Shown here piece by piece: positions 12,622-22,590 of a DNA stretch of 32,000 bases. Source of the DNA: Moraxella nasicaprae (GTDB lineage Bacteria; Pseudomonadota; Gammaproteobacteria; Pseudomonadales; Moraxellaceae); the NCBI RefSeq assembly GCF_025643275.1, contig NZ_CP089977.1:540001-572000 (forward strand), written 5' to 3'. Each line of letters opens with the position of its first letter. Within the stretch, counting starts at the first letter, position 1. Below the pieces are notes generated by a model, which saw nothing but the letters and a program-made list of their open reading frames with translations, ran no database searches and was not told where the DNA came from. Made by a program: the position numbers and the translations under genes.

Positions 12622-14058
12622 ATGATTATGTCAGAACAAGAAAAACCAAAGAAAAAACGCCCCGCTCCTGAAAAAATCATTCCCCATTCCAAAGACATGG
12701 ACGCCACCAAAAAGCGTGTCCACCCAAGATTTGTCACTGGTAAATACCAAAATATTCGTGTGATTAGCATGTATGCCATCTTTGTGGCATTTTTGATTGC
12801 TCCATGGATTCGTTGGAATGGTCGTCAGGCAATTTTATTTAATGTGGTTGAACCAAAGTTTTATATCTTTGGGGCGACTTTCATGCCACAAGATTTTTAT
12901 TTCTTTGCCTTTGTGTTCATCATTGCCGCTCTTTTGCTATTTATGGTGACTGTCTATGCAGGGCGAGTGTGGTGTGGCTATGCTTGCCCACAAACCATCT
13001 ATGTGCATCTGTATCAGCACATCGAAAAGTGGATTATTGGTGATCGTAACAAACGCCTCAAATTTGACAAAGCCCCTTGGAATGCCGAAAAAATCATCAA
13101 AACAGTGTTGGTACACGCCATCTGGGGTGTCATTTCTGCCATCACCGCTTTGACATTCATCGCTTTTATCGTTGGGACGGATTATCTATTTTTTAATGGC
13201 TCAACCCCATTTTTTATGGGTTGGGGTAAAATGACTTGGGTATTCTTCTTGCTCATCACTTTCGTCACCCAAACCAACGGTGGCTATATGCGTGAACAGA
13301 TGTGTGTACATCTTTGTCCGTATGGTCGTTTCCAAAGCGTGATGTTTGATAAAGACACTTTGATTGTCTCTTATGATTATGAGCGAGGCGAACCTCGTGG
13401 TGCTCGCAAAAAAGGAGCGGTCGCTGAGGGTTATGGCGACTGCGTGGACTGCACCATGTGTGTGCAAGTCTGCCCAACAGGCATTGACATTCGTGATGGT
13501 TTGCAGGTGGAATGTATCCAATGTGCCGCCTGTATCGATGCGTGTAATGAAATCATGGATAAAGTTGGCTATGCTCGTGGTCTAATTCGCTACACCACCG
13601 AACGCCAATTGGTCGAAAAACAAAAAACCAAAATCATCGGCTGGCGTATCTTTGCCTACATTGCTGTGCTGGGAGCGTGTTTTGTGGCGGCAACTTTGGT
13701 TGCTGTGGGACGCTCACCGCTTGAAATGGAAATTCGTCATGACCGTAAACAATTAACCAAAATCAATCGTGACGGCTTGGTCGAAAATAGCTATGTGCTA
13801 AAAATCGTCAATAAAACAGACGAGCGTCAAATTTATCAAGTTCGCTTAGAGAATGCGACAGGCATGACCTTAAAAGCTCGTTTCAAAGAATTACCATTGC
13901 AGGCCAACGAACCTTATGATTTGCCAGTCAGCATCTACGGTGACCCAAAGGTCATCAAAGAAGGACATACGCCAATCACCATCACAGTGTATAGCAAAGA
14001 TGGCAAATACAACAGTCAAGCCCAAGATGTGTTCATCTATGAGCCTAAGAAAAAATAA
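12622..14058 (+). CDS. ccoG: cytochrome c oxidase accessory protein CcoG (4Fe-4S ferredoxin-type)
   Basis: 478 aa with TM helices and two ferredoxin-type Cys clusters (CVDCTMCVQVCPTGIDIR, CIQCAACIDAC). It lies divergent from ccoNOQP. Confidence 0.85.
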   Translation: MIMSEQEKPKKKRPAPEKIIPHSKDMDATKKRVHPRFVTGKYQNIRVISMYAIFVAFLIAPWIRWNGRQAILFNVVEPKFYIFGATFMPQDFYFFAFVFIIAALLLFMVTVYAGRVWCGYACPQTIYVHLYQHIEKWIIGDRNKRLKFDKAPWNAEKIIKTVLVHAIWGVISAITALTFIAFIVGTDYLFFNGSTPFFMGWGKMTWVFFLLITFVTQTNGGYMREQMCVHLCPYGRFQSVMFDKDTLIVSYDYERGEPRGARKKGAVAEGYGDCVDCTMCVQVCPTGIDIRDGLQVECIQCAACIDACNEIMDKVGYARGLIRYTTERQLVEKQKTKIIGWRIFAYIAVLGACFVAATLVAVGRSPLEMEIRHDRKQLTKINRDGLVENSYVLKIVNKTDERQIYQVRLENATGMTLKARFKELPLQANEPYDLPVSIYGDPKVIKEGHTPITITVYSKDGKYNSQAQDVFIYEPKKK

Positions 14059-14115
14059 CCATCAATTCATTCAAACCAAATGATTGATTTGGTTGGTTGA
14101 TTTTGGGTTTTATGC

Positions 14116-14148
14116 ACAGCTCCATTATGCTACAATGGAGCTGTTTTT
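14116..14148 (+). terminator. hairpin terminator after ccoG
   Basis: ACAGCTCCATT-ATGCTAC-AATGGAGCTGT is a perfect 11-bp stem followed by TTTT. A second hairpin, AACCAAAT-GATTG-ATTTGGTT, lies just upstream at about 14075-14097. Confidence 0.6.
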
Positions 14149-14171
14149 ATGAGCAACATTGAGCTTGTGCT

Positions 14172-14780
14172 ATGCCATCACCCAACAAAAAAGAAAATAT
14201 TTGGTACAAAAACTACATGGTGCTGATTTTTGTCATCGGATTGCCTGTTTTTGTCATCATCGTTTGTCTATTTTTTATCTTTTATTCAATCAAAATCCAA
14301 GACTCCACCGTTCGAGATGATTGGTACATGGACGGCAAAACCTTATATCAAGATGCCAGTCGAGACCAGCTAAGCTACGATTTAGACTTATCTGGCATCA
14401 TGCGTTTTGATGGTAAAACGGTACGATTTGAACTGCGTTACCCTGCCGAAAGCCTAGCCAGCGGTAAGCTCAAAGATGGCTCGCCACTAGCTTATCCCAA
14501 GCAATTATCCGTTCGCATTTCGCACGCCACCGACATCAACAAAGATAAGGATTTTGTCATCACGCACACCAAAGACAATCTCTATCAAGGCACGGTGGAG
14601 CTTGACAACACGCCAGCCAAATATTATCTGCAAGTCAGTCATGACCAGCAGCCAAATTGGCGACTGATTCAGACCCAAAAATTACCCGCTGCCAATATTT
14701 CATTTCAGCCCTTATCCAGCTTTGCTGAAAGTCGCTCTGCCCTGCCCGACCAGAAAGATAAGCGAGCCAGTCACAAATAG
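14172..14780 (+). CDS. FixH/CcoH-like membrane protein
   Basis: 202 aa. It has a single N-terminal TM helix followed by VRDDWYMDGKTLYQDASRD, which resembles the FixH (V.DDYY..G) region. The position after ccoG fits. Confidence 0.55.
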   Translation: MPSPNKKENIWYKNYMVLIFVIGLPVFVIIVCLFFIFYSIKIQDSTVRDDWYMDGKTLYQDASRDQLSYDLDLSGIMRFDGKTVRFELRYPAESLASGKLKDGSPLAYPKQLSVRISHATDINKDKDFVITHTKDNLYQGTVELDNTPAKYYLQVSHDQQPNWRLIQTQKLPAANISFQPLSSFAESRSALPDQKDKRASHK

Positions 14781-14797
14781 TAAATATCACGCCATCA

Positions 14798-14827
14798 AAA
14801 AAGCTGTTTTTTACAAAACGGCTTTTT
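14798..14827. terminator. bidirectional hairpin terminator between the fixH-like gene and the LysR gene
   Basis: AAAAAGCTGTTTT-TTAC-AAAACGGCTTTTT has one G.T pair and A/T tracts on both sides. The flanking genes converge on it. Confidence 0.5.
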
Positions 14828-14855
14828 GCTTAGTCATATCAACACACAATCACAC

Positions 14856-15830
14856 TTAGGTTGAGACTGCATTGGCTTTTTCTTCCTCCAAAATCACCTG
14901 TCGTGCCACATGCAAAATCAGCTGTCTAAGCCAGCGATGAGCAGGGTGATGCTGCAATAGCGGTGACCAAGCCATTGTTAGCTCAAATTCTGGAATAAAA
15001 AATGGCGGGTCTTTGACAACGATTTGAGGGTTGTTATCCGCCTGCAACTTGGCAACTCTGGTGGGCAATGTCGCCACCAAATCTTTGTTGGCGATGAGCA
15101 TGGCAGGCATTTGGTAATGTCTGGTAAAAACACTGATTTGGCGTTTTTGTCCCAAACGGTGCAGAGCTTGGTCGATTGAACCTAAGCCACCTGATTTTTC
15201 AGGATTAACCCCAAAACCCACACCCATGCCTGTCTTGGAGACCCAAACATGCTGAGCCTTTAAGTAATTTTTTAGGTTAAAACGATTGACATAGGGGCTA
15301 TCTGCCGATAACAAACAGCTAAAAGTATCTCGCCACACTAAGACCTGATGGAAACTTTGGGGAATTTCATTAAATCGGTTAATCGCCAAATCCACTCGCC
15401 CCTGCTCCATATCACGATACGACACATCAGACGGGGTTAGAAAGTCCAAGATGACATTAGGTGCTTCACTGCGTAACGCCTTAACCAGACGAGGCACCAA
15501 AGTTGCCTCAGCATAGTCTGAGGTCATGATTCGAAACACTCGTGAGGTGCTATAAGGACGAAACTCCGTGCGTGGTTCTAGCAGGGTATTGATGTCTGCC
15601 AAAACCTCACGAATGCGAGGTTGTAGCTCAAATGCTCTATCGGTTGGGGTCATGCCCTCTGATGAACGCACAAGCAGCGGGTCATTAAACAAAGAACGCA
15701 AACGGCGTAAAATATTACTCATTGCAGGCTGAGTAATTCCCAGTTGTTCAGCCGCACGAGTGACATTCTTTTCACGCAATAATACATCTAGATAAAATAA
15801 TAAATTTAAATCCACTTTTTGTAAGTTCAT
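14856..15830 (-). CDS. LysR-family transcriptional regulator
   Basis: N-terminal wHTH (VDLNLLFYLDVLLREKNVTRAAEQLGITQPAMSNILRRLR) plus a LysR substrate-binding part. The ATG at 15830 is preferred, with AGGA 7 nt upstream. The ORF track starts at a TTG at 15836. Confidence 0.85.
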   Translation of the reverse strand: MNLQKVDLNLLFYLDVLLREKNVTRAAEQLGITQPAMSNILRRLRSLFNDPLLVRSSEGMTPTDRAFELQPRIREVLADINTLLEPRTEFRPYSTSRVFRIMTSDYAEATLVPRLVKALRSEAPNVILDFLTPSDVSYRDMEQGRVDLAINRFNEIPQSFHQVLVWRDTFSCLLSADSPYVNRFNLKNYLKAQHVWVSKTGMGVGFGVNPEKSGGLGSIDQALHRLGQKRQISVFTRHYQMPAMLIANKDLVATLPTRVAKLQADNNPQIVVKDPPFFIPEFELTMAWSPLLQHHPAHRWLRQLILHVARQVILEEEKANAVST

Positions 15831-15867
15831 AATCAATCCTACGCATGATGATGTGGCATGATAATGC

Positions 15868-16260
15868 TCAATCCAACCAAGTTAGCTGGTCTTGATGAAC
15901 CGCCAACACGCCTGTCATCGCTTGATAATGCTCAATGATTTGTGTCATTGGTCTGTCCATCTTTGGCTTAATGGCGATGGCATTGATGTGCTTATATGTA
16001 TAAATCACCACATCGCCACGATGTTCAATGGCTGATGATAGCTTTGATGTGACATCAGATGATTTGTCCAAAAAAATCAATAGATTGCCTGTATATTTGG
16101 CAGCATCTTGGGCAACCTGTGGTGCGTACTGCAAGGCATTATCCGCAGGCTTGGCAAGGCTTTTGACCAAGCCAACTTGCTGGCAAGCAGATAATATCAG
16201 ACATAAAAACGCACATAACGCATATTTTGGCATTTTATATTTAATAATCTGCATGTTCAT
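15868..16260 (-). CDS. small lipoprotein of unknown function (possible Inhibitor_I9-like fold)
   Basis: 130 aa with the lipobox LILSAC. The C-terminal pattern GDVVIYTYKHINAIAIKPKM...MTGVLAVHQDQLTWL is reminiscent of subtilisin-propeptide/I9 domains, but this is pattern recognition only. Its start overlaps the stop of the upstream YkuD gene (ATGA). Confidence 0.55.
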   Translation of the reverse strand: MNMQIIKYKMPKYALCAFLCLILSACQQVGLVKSLAKPADNALQYAPQVAQDAAKYTGNLLIFLDKSSDVTSKLSSAIEHRGDVVIYTYKHINAIAIKPKMDRPMTQIIEHYQAMTGVLAVHQDQLTWLD

Positions 16261-16757
16261 ACAATCAGCACCGTCATTCCCACATCGACTTGCTCATACA
16301 GCCAAACAATATCGTCATTACGCATTCGCACACAGCCATGTGACAACGGCACGCCCATCGGCTCGCTGTCTGGCGTGCCATGAATATAGATGTAGCGAGA
16401 TTTGCTATCGACACACACACCATCAGCATCATTGCCTTGATTAACACCCTCTTCACAGCCATCAAGCCACAAAATTCGACCCAAAATCCAATCTCTATCA
16501 GGAAATGATTTGCCTAATTGTTCATCATACAGCTCGCCTGTAAACTTGCGTGCCACAAACACAGCATTGGCAGGTAAATCATCGCCAAACTTTTGGGCAA
16601 TACGATGTTTGCCAAGTGGCGTACAACCCGAACCCTCCATTTGACCTGTGCCATTTTTGGCAGTAGAGACCGCAAAACTTCTTAGCAAGGAATCGTCTTG
16701 GTACAAAGATAAGGTTTGTTGCTTGGTATCAACCAGTAAATATGTGGAATGTGCCAT
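16257..16757 (-). CDS. L,D-transpeptidase (YkuD) catalytic-domain protein without signal peptide
   Basis: 166 aa. The YkuD active-site motif is present: IHGTPDSEPMGVPLSHGCVRMRNDDI (HG...SHGCVR). There is no N-terminal hydrophobic leader. Confidence 0.8.
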   Translation of the reverse strand: MAHSTYLLVDTKQQTLSLYQDDSLLRSFAVSTAKNGTGQMEGSGCTPLGKHRIAQKFGDDLPANAVFVARKFTGELYDEQLGKSFPDRDWILGRILWLDGCEEGVNQGNDADGVCVDSKSRYIYIHGTPDSEPMGVPLSHGCVRMRNDDIVWLYEQVDVGMTVLIV

Positions 16758-16880
16758 AATGAAATGATAAACATTTTTTAAATTGATAATACCAATAGTA
16801 TAGCAAAGCTGGGTTTATTTTTGTGCAAAAGATTGGATAATTTTCATCAATTTTTCATTCATGCCAATCACTCATCTTAA

Positions 16881-18323
<1,443 letters not shown>

Positions 18324-18332
18324 TTGATGATA

Positions 18333-18366
18333 CTTCCCAATCTTATTGATGTTTGGGAAGTTTTTT
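18333..18366 (+). terminator. rho-independent terminator after argG
   Basis: CTTCCCAA-12 nt loop-TTGGGAAG followed by TTTTTT. Confidence 0.65.
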
Positions 18367-18465
18367 CATGATGATGGCTGGCTTGACATCACGACTGATT
18401 AAGCCAAGCCTTGATTATAACCCAACAGCATATTTGTTAATTTTTTATTTGATGGTAATACAAAA

Positions 18466-19527
18466 ATGACCACAAGCATCACCCTAATCCAGCCTGATGA
18501 TTGGCACATTCATCTGCGAGATGGGCAGGCTTTACAAACCACCGTACCACACGCTGCCAGCAGTTTTAATCGTGTGATTTGTATGCCAAATCTTGTACCT
18601 CCTGTCAAAACCACTCTTGATGCCATCGCCTACCGTGAGCGGATTTTGACCGCATTGGCAAACAGCACGCTGAGCGAGGAGCGAAAGGCAAGTTTTGACC
18701 CTCGCATGGTCTTATATCTGACCGACCATACCAGCCCCAAGGAGATTGAACAAGCCAAAAATTCTGGCGTGGTGCAGGCGGTCAAACTCTACCCTGCTGG
18801 GGCAACCACCAATTCAGCAGATGGTGTCACAGATATTTTGGGGCGTGCAAGCGTCTTTGAAGCCATGCAAAAACACGGCATTCCATTGCTGGTGCATGGC
18901 GAGGTAACGCATGCTGATGTGGATATTTTTGACCGTGAAAAACGATTTTTGGACGAAATTTTATCCATCATCATCAAAAATTTCCCCAAGCTTCGCATTG
19001 TGATGGAGCATATCACCACTGGTGATGCTGTCGATTTTTGTTTGGCACAAGGCGAGCATATCGGAGCGACCATCACGCCACAGCATCTGCTATTTAACCG
19101 CAATCACATGCTGGTGGGCGGTGTCAAACCTCACTTTTATTGCCTACCCATCTTAAAACGAGCTGACCACCAACAACGCCTGTTGGAGGCTGCTACCTCT
19201 GGCAATCCTAAGTTTTTCTTAGGAACGGACTCCGCTCCACATGCCACTCACACCAAAGAGAGTGCCTGCGGCTGTGCAGGGTGCTACTCCGCTCCGCATG
19301 CCCTACCCTTATATGCCACCGCCTTTGAGAGTATGAACGCTCTTGATAAGTTGGAAAATTTTGCAAGCCGTTTTGGGGCAAAATTCTATGGTCTGCCTGT
19401 CAATACCAGCACCATCACTTTGGTTAAGCAGGAACAAACCATCGTCCAAAGCTATGATTATTTGGATAATAAGAGTTTAACGCCACTTTTGGCAGGGCAA
19501 ACCTTAGCATGGCGAGTAGATGAATGA
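18466..19527 (+). CDS. pyrC: dihydroorotase (class II, homodimeric type)
   Basis: 353 aa. [22 protein letters not shown] and HGE motifs are characteristic of PyrC. Confidence 0.93.
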   Translation: MTTSITLIQPDDWHIHLRDGQALQTTVPHAASSFNRVICMPNLVPPVKTTLDAIAYRERILTALANSTLSEERKASFDPRMVLYLTDHTSPKEIEQAKNSGVVQAVKLYPAGATTNSADGVTDILGRASVFEAMQKHGIPLLVHGEVTHADVDIFDREKRFLDEILSIIIKNFPKLRIVMEHITTGDAVDFCLAQGEHIGATITPQHLLFNRNHMLVGGVKPHFYCLPILKRADHQQRLLEAATSGNPKFFLGTDSAPHATHTKESACGCAGCYSAPHALPLYATAFESMNALDKLENFASRFGAKFYGLPVNTSTITLVKQEQTIVQSYDYLDNKSLTPLLAGQTLAWRVDE

Positions 19528-20192
19528 TGGATGAACAAAAACCAACCATTGCCAATCGTTTTCGAGGCTTTTTGCCTGTGGTGGTCGATGTGGAGACAGC
19601 AGGTTTTAATGCCAAAACAGACGCTCTGCTTGAAATCGCTTGCGTACCCATCTTGATGAACGATGAGGGTAAGTTATATCAGGGCGAGCCTCTGAACGCC
19701 CATATCGAGCCATTTGTTGGGGCAAATCTTGAACCTGCCGCTCTAAAATTCACAGGCATCAACCCTGACAGCCCCATTCGTAAAGCCATCAGCGAAGACG
19801 AAAAAGTCGCCCTTAGACGCATTTTTAAGGCACTAAAAACCCTAAAAAAACAGCATGAATGTCGCCAATGTATTCTGGTAGGGCATAATGCTCATTTTGA
19901 TTTGGGTTTTTTGAATGCTGCCATTGAACGCACCAATTCAAAAAACCACTCGCCCTTTCATGCGTTTAGCGTGCTAGACACCGCAAGCCTATCCGCCCTT
20001 GCCTATGGACATACGGTACTGGCTCGCACCTGCATCATGGCAGGCATTGACTTTGATAACAGTCATGCTCACTCAGCTCTTTATGATACCCAAAAAACCG
20101 CTGAATTATTTTGTAAAATTTTTAATGAATTGCCAATGCTGCCTGTATTGCAGGCACATGATTGCCAATCGGACAACCAGCAAGGAGAATAA
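19524..20192 (+). CDS. rnt: ribonuclease T (DEDDh exonuclease)
   Basis: 222 aa with [10 protein letters not shown] (Exo I), [11 protein letters not shown] (Exo II) and HSALYDT (Exo III). Its start overlaps the pyrC stop (ATGA). Confidence 0.9.
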   Translation: MMDEQKPTIANRFRGFLPVVVDVETAGFNAKTDALLEIACVPILMNDEGKLYQGEPLNAHIEPFVGANLEPAALKFTGINPDSPIRKAISEDEKVALRRIFKALKTLKKQHECRQCILVGHNAHFDLGFLNAAIERTNSKNHSPFHAFSVLDTASLSALAYGHTVLARTCIMAGIDFDNSHAHSALYDTQKTAELFCKIFNELPMLPVLQAHDCQSDNQQGE

Positions 20193-20194
20193 CA

Positions 20195-20683
20195 ATGCCA
20201 TCATTTGACATCGTTTCAGAACTTAATGTTCAAGAAGTGCGTAACGCCATCGGCAACACCGACAAAGAGATTGCCACTCGTTTTGATTTTAAAGGCAGTG
20301 ACATCACGGTCGAGCTAAACGAAAAAGCCAAAACCGTCACCATCACTTGCGACAACGAGCTACAAGCAGACAATGTCTATGCCATTTTTGAAAAACAGCT
20401 CATCAAACGAGGTGTGGATTTGCAATCACTCGACCCCCAAGACAAAGCCCAATCAGGCAAACACACCAAACAAATCATCAACCTAAAAGATGGGCTAGAC
20501 TCAGACACCGCCAAAAAAATCAGCAAAGCCATCAAAGAAAGCGATTTAAAGGTTTCGGCAAGTATTCAAGGCGACAAAATCCGTGTTTCTGATAAGAAAA
20601 AAGACAATCTACAAGCGTGCATGGCATTTTTAAAAGAAAAATCTTTTGGCGTGCCATTGCAATTTAACAATTTTAAAGACTAA
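20195..20683 (+). CDS. yajQ: YajQ-family nucleotide-binding protein (UPF0234)
   Basis: MPSFDIVSE... is the canonical YajQ N-terminus. AGGAGA lies 7 nt upstream of the ATG at 20195. The ORF-track start at 20162 is an upstream extension. Confidence 0.9.
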   Translation: MPSFDIVSELNVQEVRNAIGNTDKEIATRFDFKGSDITVELNEKAKTVTITCDNELQADNVYAIFEKQLIKRGVDLQSLDPQDKAQSGKHTKQIINLKDGLDSDTAKKISKAIKESDLKVSASIQGDKIRVSDKKKDNLQACMAFLKEKSFGVPLQFNNFKD

Positions 20684-20739
20684 AATTCCTTTAAAATCAA
20701 TACATTGTAGATTATTTTTAAAATTTAGCATAAAATTGC

Positions 20740-20767
20740 TTGACGCTCATCAATAATTTGCTATAAT
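20740..20767 (+). promoter_or_regulatory. sigma70-type promoter of tRNA-Glu
   Basis: TTGACG (20740-20745), a 16-nt spacer ending in TG, then TATAAT (20762-20767). Confidence 0.6.
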
Positions 20768-20846
20768 AACGCCACTTTTGAGAGATACGGTGAAAGCGTT
20801 CAAAAGTTGGTAAAGCGACTTAGATGGTCAGTTTTGCAAGTCCTGT

Positions 20847-20922
20847 GCTCCATTCGTCTAGAGGCCTAGGACACCGCCCTTTCACGGCGGTAACAGGGGT
20901 TCGAATCCCCTATGGAGTGCCA
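20847..20922 (+). tRNA. tRNA-Glu (anticodon UUC)
   Basis: A 76-nt cloverleaf folded by eye. The acceptor is GCTCCAT/ATGGAGT, followed by discriminator G and an encoded CCA. It has a D arm GTCTAGAGGCCTAGGAC, an anticodon stem CCGCC/GGCGG with loop CTTTCAC, and a T arm AGGGGTTCGAATCCCCT. Confidence 0.9.
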
Positions 20923-20934
20923 ATATTCTAAAAA

Positions 20935-20965
20935 ACACGCTAAGAGAATTCTTGGCGTGTTTTTT
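20935..20965 (+). terminator. rho-independent terminator after tRNA-Glu
   Basis: ACACGCTAAGA-GAAT-TCTTGGCGTGT (one G.T pair) followed by TTTTT. Confidence 0.7.
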
Positions 20966-21053
20966 ATTTTTACAAAAATTCACTGATGAGATTGTTTTTT
21001 TGAAATTTTATGCAATAATAAACAAACCAATCAACTAAATATTAAGGATTAAG

Positions 21054-21521
21054 ATGAATACCACCATTAAAGCCGTCCTGTGTGGAGCATTGGTCATTTA
21101 TTCGGGCAATGCCCTTGCCGAATCATCAAACAGCACCGCCGCCGCCAAAATCGCTGTGGTGAAAAAAGTGATGGCAAATGTCCACAATGACAACTTGATT
21201 AAATATGCCAGCAGATCATTAAGATCCGTAATGACACTCAACTATAAATTGGAAAATCAACTACAAGAGGCAATCTGTATTGATGGTCATATCGCGGGTA
21301 CAGATTTTTCAGTTAGTCATATACGAAAAACCGCGAAATATAAAGCCTTATCAAATGGCGATATTGCAGTAAGTTTTAAGGGCTATCCTTCATCTTCTAC
21401 ACAAACCGTTTACTTTACACTTATTCAAGAAAATGGTCGTTATGTGATTGATGATTATTATCAAGCCGAATGGGATAGCACTTTTAAACAAGAGTTGCAG
21501 TCTTGCTTAGCAGAATTTTAA
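21054..21521 (+). CDS. secreted/periplasmic protein of unknown function
   Basis: 155 aa. It has a cleavable-looking signal peptide (MNTTIKAVLCGALVIYSGNALA/ESS), an AGGA RBS, and two Cys in the mature part. The C-terminal pattern (VYFTLIQENGRYVIDDY) is DUF3828-like, which is only a weak impression. Confidence 0.55.
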   Translation: MNTTIKAVLCGALVIYSGNALAESSNSTAAAKIAVVKKVMANVHNDNLIKYASRSLRSVMTLNYKLENQLQEAICIDGHIAGTDFSVSHIRKTAKYKALSNGDIAVSFKGYPSSSTQTVYFTLIQENGRYVIDDYYQAEWDSTFKQELQSCLAEF

Positions 21522-21529
21522 ATTATCCA

Positions 21530-21554
21530 CCACCCATTATTGGGTGGTTTTTTT
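21530..21554 (+). terminator. rho-independent terminator
   Basis: CCACCCA-TTAT-TGGGTGG followed by TTTTTTT. The T-tract abuts the stop codon of the convergent Epd/GAPDH-like gene. Confidence 0.6.
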
Positions 21555-22587
21555 ATCGCTGGGCGAGCAGTTGGCACATATCCAGCAAGCGGTTGGCATA
21601 GCCCCATTCATTATCGTACCATGCATATACTTTGAATAAGCTGCCAGATTGCATCGTCTGCTGTCCATCAATAATGAGCGAGCGAGCATCGCCAATAAAA
21701 TCGCTGGACACCAAAGGCTCATCAGTATAACCCATCACGCCTGCCAGTTTGCCATAGCTGGCGGATTTGAGTGTGTCTTGTAGCTGCACCAATGAAGGCT
21801 GATTGATAAAACTGATGGCAAGGTCAATGGCTGCCACATTGATGGTCGGCACTCGGATAGAATGCCCATTGATTTTACCCTTCATCTGTGGCAATACTCG
21901 CTCGGTGGCATTGATGCTGCTTGAAGTGGTCGGTATGATGTTGTGACTGCCCGCTCTGGCTCGTCTTAGGTCTCGATGAGCTTGGTCAAGCACACTTTGG
22001 TCGGCGGTCAAGGCATGAATCTCTGTCATCATCGCACAGTCAATGCCATATTTTTCATCAAGCAAGGACAATAACGGCACTAATGCCTGCGTGGTGCAAG
22101 ACACTCCTGAGATGATGGGTAGCTTTCTAGATAGTATCTCATCATTCACACCCACCACCACACTGGCATCTACTTCATCAAATGGAGCCGCACCAATGAT
22201 GACCTGTTTTGCTCCTGCCGCCAAGTGCAAACTGGCATCTTGATATGAGCGAAACTTACCCGTGCATTCTAACACCAAATCCACGCCAAGCTCTTTCCAC
22301 GGCAGACAGTCGGGATTGGCTTGATGAAGCATGGTAATACGCTTTTGTCCATCGCTTGTGGATAAGCACAAATCATCTGCATCAATATTGGCTGACACAC
22401 CAAGCTTATCAAGCCTGCCGTGCGTGCTGTCAAATTTAAATAAATGCAGCAACACCTCACTGTCCGCCACATCATTGATGGCAACAATCTGCACATCAGC
22501 AAACTGCTGAGCATGGCTAAGATACGCTCTTAGCAGATTTCTGCCAATCCGCCCAAAACCATTGATGGCAATACGCAATGCTGACAT
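21553..22587 (-). CDS. glyceraldehyde-3-phosphate / erythrose-4-phosphate dehydrogenase family protein (Epd-like)
   Basis: 344 aa with INGFGRIGRN Rossmann motif and a catalytic SCTT motif (here VSCTTQALVP). DLRRARAGSHNIIP and RVPTINVAAIDL resemble Epd more than GapA. WYDNEWGYANR is at the C-terminus. Confidence 0.85.
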   Translation of the reverse strand: MSALRIAINGFGRIGRNLLRAYLSHAQQFADVQIVAINDVADSEVLLHLFKFDSTHGRLDKLGVSANIDADDLCLSTSDGQKRITMLHQANPDCLPWKELGVDLVLECTGKFRSYQDASLHLAAGAKQVIIGAAPFDEVDASVVVGVNDEILSRKLPIISGVSCTTQALVPLLSLLDEKYGIDCAMMTEIHALTADQSVLDQAHRDLRRARAGSHNIIPTTSSSINATERVLPQMKGKINGHSIRVPTINVAAIDLAISFINQPSLVQLQDTLKSASYGKLAGVMGYTDEPLVSSDFIGDARSLIIDGQQTMQSGSLFKVYAWYDNEWGYANRLLDMCQLLAQR

Positions 22588-22590
22588 GGG

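Noticed and set aside
16759-16792. Fur-box-like AT-rich words (AATGATAAACATT and ATTGATAATACC) immediately upstream of the YkuD gene.
   Set aside because: They lie within about 35 nt of the start codon, in the RBS/5'-UTR zone, in very AT-rich DNA where GATAAT-like hexamers arise by chance. There is no associated iron-related gene.
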